A stretch of DNA of 64,000 nt from an uncultured Candidatus Binatia bacterium (GTDB lineage Bacteria > Desulfobacterota > Binatia > UBA9968 > JAJDTQ01). The stretch spans positions 3,808,001 through 3,872,000 of the forward strand of contig OZ244070.1 in NCBI GenBank assembly GCA_965215605.1, in the 5' to 3' direction. The notes under the pieces were generated by a model. That model did not search any database, was not told where the DNA came from, and saw only the letters and a list, made by a program, of their open reading frames with translations. The translations under genes were made by a program, and so were the position numbers. This document shows, piece after piece, positions 18,643 through 25,956 of the stretch; the stretch's first letter is position 1, and every line of letters begins with the position of its first letter.

Positions 18643-19293
18643 ATGTCCATGATCGATCTCTCGCGGATAATCTATGACGGCATGCCCAAGATCCCGGCGC
18701 TGCCTGACGTGCACGTGCAGCGATTTTTCGATCTCGGCAAGGGCCACCCGCTCAACGTCACCGAGATCAACCTGCCGTGTCATGCCGGGACCCACGTGGA
18801 CGCGCCGGTCCACATCATGCCCGACGGCAAGTCCATCGAGGAGCTGTCGCTCGACGCCTTCGTCGGTCCGGGCGCGGTGATCTCCGTGGAGAAGGGCGGG
18901 GGAGAGGAAGTCACCGCGGCGGATCTCCAGGGCTCGGGGGTTGTGGTGGAGCGGGGCGACGTGCTGATGCTGCATACCGGATGGGACGAGAAGTTCGAAA
19001 GCGAAGAATACAATATGCACCCCTATCTCTCCGTCGACGCGGCGGAATGGATCGTGGAGCGCGGAGTGAAGCTGTTCGGGATCGACTGCATCACGGTGGA
19101 CCTGCCCACGCCGTTGCGGCCCAAGGGGTTCGACTTCCCGGTACACCGGACTCTCCTGGGCAACGACGTGCTGATCGCCGAGAACGTAACCAATCTCGCC
19201 GCCATTGCTGGACGCAAAAGCCGCATCATGGCGCTACCCCTCAAGGTGCAGGGGAGCGACGCGGCCCACGCCAGAATCGTCGCCGAGGTCTGA
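18643..19293 (+). CDS. Cyclase family metallohydrolase (kynurenine formamidase-like)
   Basis: IDLS, HAGTHVDAPVH, HTGWD, FGIDCITVD, VHRTLLGNDVLIAEN. Confidence 0.9.
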   Translation: MSMIDLSRIIYDGMPKIPALPDVHVQRFFDLGKGHPLNVTEINLPCHAGTHVDAPVHIMPDGKSIEELSLDAFVGPGAVISVEKGGGEEVTAADLQGSGVVVERGDVLMLHTGWDEKFESEEYNMHPYLSVDAAEWIVERGVKLFGIDCITVDLPTPLRPKGFDFPVHRTLLGNDVLIAENVTNLAAIAGRKSRIMALPLKVQGSDAAHARIVAEV

Positions 19294-19306
19294 GCGAGGT
19301 CAAGGC

Positions 19307-20272
19307 ATGCTGGCAAGCCCCATCAGAGGAATTATCGGAGCTGCGCTGACCCCGTTCACGGACGACGGGAAGGTGGACTATGACGCCTTGGCGCGACAGA
19401 TCGAATTTCTCGTAGCCGACTGCGACGCCATCTCCGTGGCCGCGGTCGAAGCCTCGGAGTACACGGTCCTCTCCCTCCAGGACCGGAAAGAGGTCATGCG
19501 GCGCGCCACCGAGATCGTCAACAAGCGCGTGCCGGTCATTCTCGGGGCGTCGAGCCATTCCATCGACACGATCCTCGACCTCGCGGATCATGCCGCCGCC
19601 GTGGGCGGCGACCTCATCCAGGTGCTGATGCCCATCCGTCCGTGGGGCGGGCAGCCCACCATCGCGGATCTGGTACAGTTCTTCACCGAGGTGGCGTCGG
19701 TGAGCCCGTTGCCCATCGTCGCCTATCACAACCCCGGTCCCGGCGCCGACCCACCGCTGGACGCCTTCGTACGGCTCAGCGAGATCGAAAAAGTCGACTA
19801 CTTCAAGGAGAGCTCGCGTGACATCACCAAGATCACGCGCCTCATCGAGCAGATTCAACTGGCCGGCAAGGCCAACTACTTCACCACCATGCAGCCGTTG
19901 CTGACGACGCTCATGATGGGAGGCGCGGGCGCCACCATGCCGCCGCCGGGCACGCGCATCGGCGCCAGGGTGGTCCGCGCGTTCCGGGACGGCGACACCG
20001 ACAAGGCGCGCTACTGGCAGCGCTGCTTTACGCTCTTCCCGGGGAAGTGGGGCGCCTACGGACTGCCGCCGATCATGAAATCCGCCCTGAAGCACTTCGG
20101 GGTCGACATCGGCGACCCAGCCCGGCCCTATTCGCCCGTGAGTCCCCGGGACCACGCCCAGATCGGGCAGTTCCTGGGCCAGATCGGCATCCTGGGCGAT
20201 GGCGAGCCCGACGAAGCCACGTTCGACGAGGCCGCCATCCAGCTTGCCCAGGAAGACACCTTCCTTCGCTAG
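19307..20272 (+). CDS. DHDPS/N-acetylneuraminate lyase family Schiff-base aldolase, atypical
   Basis: TPFTDDGKVDY, PVILG, AYHNP, KESS. The usual GTTGE is replaced by AVEASE. Confidence 0.82.
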   Translation: MLASPIRGIIGAALTPFTDDGKVDYDALARQIEFLVADCDAISVAAVEASEYTVLSLQDRKEVMRRATEIVNKRVPVILGASSHSIDTILDLADHAAAVGGDLIQVLMPIRPWGGQPTIADLVQFFTEVASVSPLPIVAYHNPGPGADPPLDAFVRLSEIEKVDYFKESSRDITKITRLIEQIQLAGKANYFTTMQPLLTTLMMGGAGATMPPPGTRIGARVVRAFRDGDTDKARYWQRCFTLFPGKWGAYGLPPIMKSALKHFGVDIGDPARPYSPVSPRDHAQIGQFLGQIGILGDGEPDEATFDEAAIQLAQEDTFLR

Positions 20273-20300
20273 TCCGGATTACGGGAAACGGAAGACACCC

Positions 20301-20510
20301 ATGTCCGGCGGCCTCTTCACCTGGATTACGGAACAGATCAAGACTTGGTCCGACTTTCTGGTGTTGCGCCTCATCCGCGGCACTTCGCGGTTCGAGTCGG
20401 AACTGACCGAGGAAGGCCGCCAGGAACAGCGCATGTGGCGGGACCGGCGCATGCGCAACCTGAAGGGCCTCGCGATTCGAGCCAGGCGGCGGCAGCAACA
20501 GAACTCCTGA
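20301..20510 (+). CDS. Small (69 aa) hypothetical protein, Arg-rich C-terminus
   Basis: MSGGLFTWITEQIKTWSDFLVLRLIRG...; fills the gap between the aldolase and SQR genes and ends 10 nt before the SQR ATG. Confidence 0.55.
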   Translation: MSGGLFTWITEQIKTWSDFLVLRLIRGTSRFESELTEEGRQEQRMWRDRRMRNLKGLAIRARRRQQQNS

Positions 20511-20520
20511 CGGTCACGAA

Positions 20521-21678
20521 ATGCACTACCACAACGAACGCAAGCAGATTGTGGTGCTGGGCGGCGGCAGCGGCGGAGTCGTGGCCGCCACCAAGCTCGG
20601 CCGCGCCCTCGGAGCGGATCACGACGTGACCCTCATCGACCGCCGGGCCGATCACGTCTACATGCCCGCGTTCCTGTTCGTGATGGTCGGACAGCGGCGG
20701 CCCGAGGACATCACGCGAAAGCTCAAGCGCCTGGAGAAGCGCAACATCCGGGTGCTTCAGGCGGAGATCCTCGGCATCGACGCCGGCCGCCAGCAGGTCA
20801 TCCTCGAAAGCACCGCCATCCCGTACGATTACCTGATCGTTTCCCTGGGCCTCGAGGTCAGGCCCGACCTGCTGCCCGGCTTCGCCGAGGGGGCGCAACA
20901 TTCATGGGAGATGGACGCGGCCGTGCGTCTCAGGACCACCCTCGACAGTTTCCGCGAGGGGCGCGTGCTGGTGGGCATCCCGCAGGGACCGTACCGTTGC
21001 CCGCCGGCTCCCTATGAGGCCCAGTGGATGCTGGACAGCTACTTCAAGGGACGGACCATCCGCGACTTGGTGGACCTCCAGTACTTCACCCGGGAACCCG
21101 AGCCGGCGGGCGACGAGTACATGCCTTCGGTGTGGATGGACGCACAAAGCAAGAAGCGCAATGTCACCATCCACTACGACTTCGTCGTGCAGTCCATCGA
21201 TGCGGAAAAGAGACGCGTCAAGGGCCTCTACGGCTACGAGTTGTCCTACGACCTGCTGATGATGGTACCGCCACACCGGCCCTCTCAAGTGCTCTACGAC
21301 TGCGGCCTGGCAGAGAAAGAGAACGGCATACGGGTGGACTACGACACCCTGGAGACCAAGTGGGAGAATGTCTACGCCATCGGCGACTGCGCCGACATGC
21401 CCGCCTCCAAGGCCGGCGGCGTGGCGCACCAGGAAGCCGACGTGGTGGCGGACAACCTGGCGGCGGAGATCACGGGGGAAGGGGAGCTATCCACCCTTCA
21501 CCTGCACACCATATGACTGCTTTCTTGCGGCGCGGGACGCGCCGCCGCCAACCGCACCACGTACCCCCAGGGATGGCCGCCTTTCGGCGCCACCGACTCA
21601 CGCTCCTGGGGGCCGTCCCAGATGATCTACTGGAGCAAGGTCCTGTTCGAGAAATGGTGGCTCTGGCGTTACTTTTAG
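20521..21678 (+). CDS. sqr: Sulfide:quinone oxidoreductase-like (type III/FCSD-related) flavoprotein, probable selenoprotein (Sec332, TGA at 21514-21516), 385 aa
   Basis: GGGSGG FAD motif, YRCPPAPYE (Cys160), YAIGD, KAG. The frame stays open past the TGA: ULLSCGAGRAAANRTTYPQGWPPFGATDSRSWGPSQMIYWSKVLFEKWWLWRYF, then TAG at 21676-21678. Confidence 0.85.
21517..21545 (+). promoter_or_regulatory. Candidate bacterial SECIS element
   Basis: Perfect 8-bp stem GCGGCGCG (21527-34) / CGCGCCGC (21538-45) with a G-first loop GGA, beginning 10 nt after the UGA; the loop is 18 nt from the UGA. Confidence 0.7.
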
Positions 21679-21705
21679 CGCCGACATCACCCTGACGAGA
21701 CGGCC

Positions 21706-22743
21706 ATGATCCTCCGCGAGCTCAACGGCGGAAGCTGCAAGACCTACCTGATAGCCGACGAGGGCAGGGGACACGCGGTGCTGGTGGACCCGCTCTACGC
21801 CCACGTGGAGCGGTATATTGCCGTACTCGCCTACCATCGCCTCAAGCTGGACATGGTCATTGACACCCACACCCACGCCGACCATCTAAGCGCGTGCCCC
21901 CAACTTCGATTCCTTCTGGGTCCGCCGTTCGCGATGCAGAAGTGGGCGCCCAGCCCGGCCGTGGACAAGCATCTGGAAGAGGGCGAGGAAATCCCCGTCG
22001 GCGATCTTGTCGTGCGGGTTCTCCATACTCCCGGACACACGCCCGACGGCATGAGCCTGCTGGTGGAAGGGAACGTCCTGACCGGCGACACCTTGTTCAT
22101 CGGCGGCTCGGGACGCACCGACTTCGCCGGCGGCGACGCCGGCGCACAGTACGATGCCGTCACGGGAAAGCTCTTCACGCTCCCGGACGATACCGTCGTC
22201 CGTCCCGGCCACGACTACCGCGGCAACACCGCCTCCACCATCGGCCGCGAAAAAGAAACCAATCCGCGGCTCGCCAACCGCAGCCGTCAGGACTACATCG
22301 ACCTCATGAACAACCTCCAGCTCTCTCCGCCCCAGAACATCCAGGAGGTCCTCCAACCCAATCAGTCCGCCATCAGCAACGAGGAGATCAGTTTTCCCGA
22401 CTGGAGCGAGCTCAAGAAGGTCCGGGAAATCGACGTCCAGGCGCTTCGGCGAATGCTCGATTCCGACGCCCGGCCGCTACTGGTGGACGTTCGCGAACCC
22501 GGCGAGTACTCGGGCGAGCTCGGCCACCTGGCGGGAAGCGTACTGATTCCCCTCCGGGAGCTCATGAACCGCGTAACCGAAATCGCCGAGCACAAGAAAA
22601 CTCCGGTGGTCACCATCTGCCGCGCCGGGATGCGCAGCGCCACCGCCGCGGCGATCCTCGGCAGGTCCGGCTTCAACGACGTCTCCAATCTCGCCGGCGG
22701 CCTGCTGGCGTGGAACGAGGCGCGCCTGCCGGTGGAACGTTAG
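21706..22743 (+). CDS. Persulfide dioxygenase (ETHE1-like MBL fold)-rhodanese fusion
   Basis: DTHTHADH, HTPGHT, TGDTLFIGGSGRTDF, PGHDY..STIGREK.NPR; C-terminal rhodanese DVREP, CRAGMRS, LAGGLLAW. Confidence 0.9.
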   Translation: MILRELNGGSCKTYLIADEGRGHAVLVDPLYAHVERYIAVLAYHRLKLDMVIDTHTHADHLSACPQLRFLLGPPFAMQKWAPSPAVDKHLEEGEEIPVGDLVVRVLHTPGHTPDGMSLLVEGNVLTGDTLFIGGSGRTDFAGGDAGAQYDAVTGKLFTLPDDTVVRPGHDYRGNTASTIGREKETNPRLANRSRQDYIDLMNNLQLSPPQNIQEVLQPNQSAISNEEISFPDWSELKKVREIDVQALRRMLDSDARPLLVDVREPGEYSGELGHLAGSVLIPLRELMNRVTEIAEHKKTPVVTICRAGMRSATAAAILGRSGFNDVSNLAGGLLAWNEARLPVER

Positions 22744-22847
22744 CCGCGCCCAGTTGACCGGAAACCGATTGAGCCAATCACCGGCAGTCAAAGCCCCCCA
22801 AACCCCGAAAACCCCAGCCCCCCCCAGAAGAGCAGGGTATAAGCAGC

Positions 22848-22909
22848 GTATATTATGTCAACCTTAACATCGGCGCAAAGCAGCCGATGTTAAGGTTGAC
22901 ATAATATAC
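22848..22909. repeat. Perfect 27-bp inverted repeat with 8-nt spacer
   Basis: GTATATTATGTCAACCTTAACATCGGC (22848-22874), GCAAAGCA, GCCGATGTTAAGGTTGACATAATATAC (22883-22909). AT-rich in a GC-rich genome. Confidence 0.97.
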
Positions 22910-22921
22910 ATTATCGGACGT
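22894..22921 (-). other. dif: dif site (XerC/XerD chromosome dimer resolution site)
   Basis: Minus strand ACGTCCGATAA-TGTATA-TTATGTCAACC versus E. coli dif GGTGCGCATAA-TGTATA-TTATGTTAAAT: identical spacer and inner arm bases. Intergenic, between convergent gene blocks. Confidence 0.85.
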
Positions 22922-23044
22922 TGTTTTCGTGTTGGGGATCAAGGGCTGTCATCGACATTCCTGGAACGAGCCAGACCGTGCGGTCGTGGTATGCGGTCGT
23001 GAGACGACTCATCGAGGAGTCGCGCGCCGGGGACGCGGCAACGC

Positions 23045-23740
23045 TTAGGGTGTGGCCGGCTTGGCGGGTGTACCTGACTCGGCTTCCAATTGCTGCAACC
23101 GTAGCGCGATTTCCACGGTTTCGCCCTCAGGAAACTCCTTGAGATAAGCCATGTAACCGTCCAGCGCGTCTTGGGTCTTGCCCAGACGCGCGTTGCAGCG
23201 GGCCTTGCCCAACATGGCTTCCTGCCGCAGCGGCCCTTGGCGTTCCAGCGCGCTGTCCAGGGACCGTATGGCCTGGTCGCAGGCGTCGTTCATCTCGTGG
23301 GCGAGCCCGAGGGTAACGAGCATGACTTGGCCCACGAAACCGTCGCGCTCCGTGCCGGCTGCATTACTCAGTGCTTCCACCGCCTTGGCGGGCTGTTTTA
23401 GCGCGATATGGCTGTTGGCCACGTAAAGCTCCGCAAGTTGGTCGTATGGCGCCTCACCTTGCGCCCGAAGGTTCCGAAAGGCTTCCAGAGCGGCCTCGTA
23501 GCGGCCCTCCTGATACTCGACGAGAGCCTTGTTGTAGTCCCGCGCCACCAAGTCCCGCTCGTAGCTGCGGTAGTACTGCCATCCGAGCACCGCGACCACT
23601 ATCGCGACGATGGCCGCACCCGTACCGATCAATGGGCGCATGTGGCCCTTAATCCAATCCAGGCCCAGACCCGTCCACACCATGAACCGGTCCGGCTGGC
23701 GTATTTCCTTTCTCAGAATGCGTTTTCTCGGCGCGACCAT
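23045..23740 (-). CDS. Membrane-anchored tetratricopeptide repeat protein (YfgM-like)
   Basis: RKEIRQPDRF N-terminus, single TM, TPR-like helices, YLKEFPEG. Confidence 0.8.
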   Translation of the reverse strand: MVAPRKRILRKEIRQPDRFMVWTGLGLDWIKGHMRPLIGTGAAIVAIVVAVLGWQYYRSYERDLVARDYNKALVEYQEGRYEAALEAFRNLRAQGEAPYDQLAELYVANSHIALKQPAKAVEALSNAAGTERDGFVGQVMLVTLGLAHEMNDACDQAIRSLDSALERQGPLRQEAMLGKARCNARLGKTQDALDGYMAYLKEFPEGETVEIALRLQQLEAESGTPAKPATP

Positions 23741-23819
23741 TCAGGCTGTTGCTCCAGTGCTGGCTTGTATATATTACTTGAGCGTCTCAATTTTACTCGC
23801 CTGCTCTTCAAGAAACTCG

Positions 23820-23942
23820 CTAATACTTCTTGGCGTGTAGGTAGATGTCGCATCCGACCGGCGCGGTCACCAGCACGACGACCGCAACCATACCTATGTG
23901 TTCTCTGATCCAATCCAGCATGCGTATTCTCGGCGCGACCAT
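23820..23942 (-). pseudogene. Degenerate duplicate of the 5' end of the TPR gene (40-codon ORF)
   Basis: MVAPRIRMLDWIREHIGMVAVVVLVTAPVGCDIYLHAKKY* resembles MVAPRKRIL...LDWIKGHM. A 40-bp direct repeat (23718-23757 and 23920-23959) has 2 mismatches. Confidence 0.6.
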
Positions 23943-23966
23943 TCAGGCTGTTTCTCCAGGTCTGGA

Positions 23967-24482
23967 TTACATCTTGTACTTGAAGTCGTCGGGGGACATC
24001 TTGTCCAGGATCTCGCCCCATTTCTCCTTCGATACGTTGGCGAAGTCCGGATCCTTGCCCTCTTCGGTCTGCTGCAAAACGCTGGACTGCTCCAGCACTT
24101 CCTTGGCGACATAGATGGGCGTCTTGCTCCGGAGCGCCATGGCAATGGCGTCGCTCGGCCGCGAATCCATGGCCACCTCGCGGTCCCCTACCAGCAGCGT
24201 GATGACCGCGTAGTAGGTGTTCTCCTTGAGCTCGGTTATGGCCACCCTCTTGACCGAGCCGCCGAGCTCGGAGAGCACATTCTTGAAGAGGTCATGGGTC
24301 ATGGGGCGCGCCATCTTGATCCCCTCGATTTCGGTGGCCATGGCCGTGGCCTCCAGCAGCCCGATCCAGATGGGCAACTGCAGCTTGTTCTCGGAGTCCT
24401 TGAGGACCACGATGGGTGTCCGGGTCACCTGATCGAGTGTCAGGCCCGCCACGGTCATTTCAATTGTTTCAGCACCCTTCAT
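23967..24482 (-). CDS. Bifunctional nuclease family protein (DUF151)
   Basis: LPIWIGLLEATAMA, RPMTHDL, DSRPSDAIAMALR. Confidence 0.92.
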   Translation of the reverse strand: MKGAETIEMTVAGLTLDQVTRTPIVVLKDSENKLQLPIWIGLLEATAMATEIEGIKMARPMTHDLFKNVLSELGGSVKRVAITELKENTYYAVITLLVGDREVAMDSRPSDAIAMALRSKTPIYVAKEVLEQSSVLQQTEEGKDPDFANVSKEKWGEILDKMSPDDFKYKM

Positions 24483-25816
24483 TGCATGACCTCCCTTGCT
24501 CCCACGGCTTCGCCGACCAGTGAATTGGGCGTGGCGCCGACCACGCGAACCCGCGCCATCTCGGCCGGCACAGTGGCTGTGTCCGGCGTGAAGTTGACGA
24601 TCCGGTTGGTCCGGGTCCGGCCCATGAGTTGGTCCCTGCCCAGCCTGGACGGCCCTTCCACCAGAATCTCCTGTTCCGTGCCGACCAGGTTCCGGTTCTT
24701 CCGCAGCGCAATGCCCTTCTGCAGCTCCTGCAGCCGCCGGCAGCGGTCTCCCTTGACCTCGTCGGGCACGTCGTCGCGGTAGACCTTGGCTGCCACCGTG
24801 CGCGGACGCGGCGAATAGGTGAAAGTGAACATGTCGTCGTACTCGACCTCGCGGACCACGGCCAGCGTCTCCTCGAATTCCGCCTCGGTCTCGCCGGGAA
24901 AGCCTACGATCATGTCCGTGGTGATGGCAACCTCCGGCCGGCGCCTGCGTAGCAAGTGGACGCGCTCCATGTACTCGTCGAGCCGGTAGCCGCGGCGCAT
25001 GCGCACCAACACCGGATCGGAACCGGATTGGAGCGGCAGATGGAGGTGCTCGCAGAGGTTCTCGAGCCGGACGAAGGCATCCACCAGCTCAGGCGAGAGG
25101 TCGTGGGGATGGGAGGTGGTGAAGCGGATCCTCCGAATGCCGGGAATGTCGTTGATGCGCTCGAGCAGCTCCGGGAACGACCTCTCCCCTGCCACCGTCC
25201 GGCCGTAGGAATTGACGTTCTGGCCCAGCAGCATCACCTCCTTGACGCCGCGCCTCACCAGCGCCTCCACGTCCCGGACGATGTTCTCGCTGGACCGGCT
25301 CACCTCGCGGCCGCGCACCCGGGGGACGATGCAGAAGCTGCACACCTTGTTGCATCCCTGCATGATGGTGACGTAGGCCTTGGCGCCGTCCGTCTCCGGC
25401 AGTCCCGACGAATCCTCGAGATAGAACGGATCCCGGTAGAAGGCCGTTTCCACCGAGCGCCGGGCCGCTTCCCTGGCCTCTTCGACCATCTGCGGCAGCT
25501 TGTGCATGTTGTGGGTGCCGAACACCAAGTCCAGGTGCGGCGCCCGCCGCAGCAACGCCTCCCCCTCCTGCTGGGCGACGCAGCCCCCCACGCCCAGGAT
25601 GACGCCCTTTTCCTCCTTGAGCGCGCGCCATCGGCCGAGCGCGCTGTAGACCTTCTGCTCGGCCTTGTCCCGCACGCTGCACGTATTCAGGATGATGAGA
25701 TCGGCGTCGTCCACCCGGTCGGTGGGTTCGTAATCGGCGGACTTCATGAGCTGCACGATCCGGGACGAGTCGAGCTGATTCATCTGGCAGCCCCAGGTTT
25801 GCACGTAGAGTTTCAT
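24479..25816 (-). CDS. miaB: tRNA-i6A37 methylthiotransferase
   Basis: TWGCQMN, NTCSVRDKAEQK, GCVAQ, radical SAM CNKVCSFC, C-terminal TRAM domain. Start placed at MKLYV. Confidence 0.95.
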   Translation of the reverse strand: MKLYVQTWGCQMNQLDSSRIVQLMKSADYEPTDRVDDADLIILNTCSVRDKAEQKVYSALGRWRALKEEKGVILGVGGCVAQQEGEALLRRAPHLDLVFGTHNMHKLPQMVEEAREAARRSVETAFYRDPFYLEDSSGLPETDGAKAYVTIMQGCNKVCSFCIVPRVRGREVSRSSENIVRDVEALVRRGVKEVMLLGQNVNSYGRTVAGERSFPELLERINDIPGIRRIRFTTSHPHDLSPELVDAFVRLENLCEHLHLPLQSGSDPVLVRMRRGYRLDEYMERVHLLRRRRPEVAITTDMIVGFPGETEAEFEETLAVVREVEYDDMFTFTYSPRPRTVAAKVYRDDVPDEVKGDRCRRLQELQKGIALRKNRNLVGTEQEILVEGPSRLGRDQLMGRTRTNRIVNFTPDTATVPAEMARVRVVGATPNSLVGEAVGAREVMQ

Positions 25817-25956
25817 GGTTCGATGGTTTGACGAAACGATGGATTTACCGCATGTCGCGGTTCCCCGCAACGCAAGGGAAGTATTTCACAGTTCCGGGGG
25901 CTTCGCCATGACCGAGCCGCCGGCGCCCTTTCGCGGATCATACCGGGAGTGTCGGT

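Noticed and set aside
21514-21516. SQR TGA as a simple stop, or a UGA=Trp/Gly genetic code
   Set aside because: Many other genes here end normally at TGA, so the code is standard. The conserved C-terminus after this TGA argues against a true stop, although a nonsense mutation is not fully excluded.
22848-22909. Palindrome as an intrinsic terminator, attC site or CRISPR repeat
   Set aside because: No U-tract, no attC core sites, only one copy and no spacers; the arms match XerD sites. A secondary terminator role remains possible.
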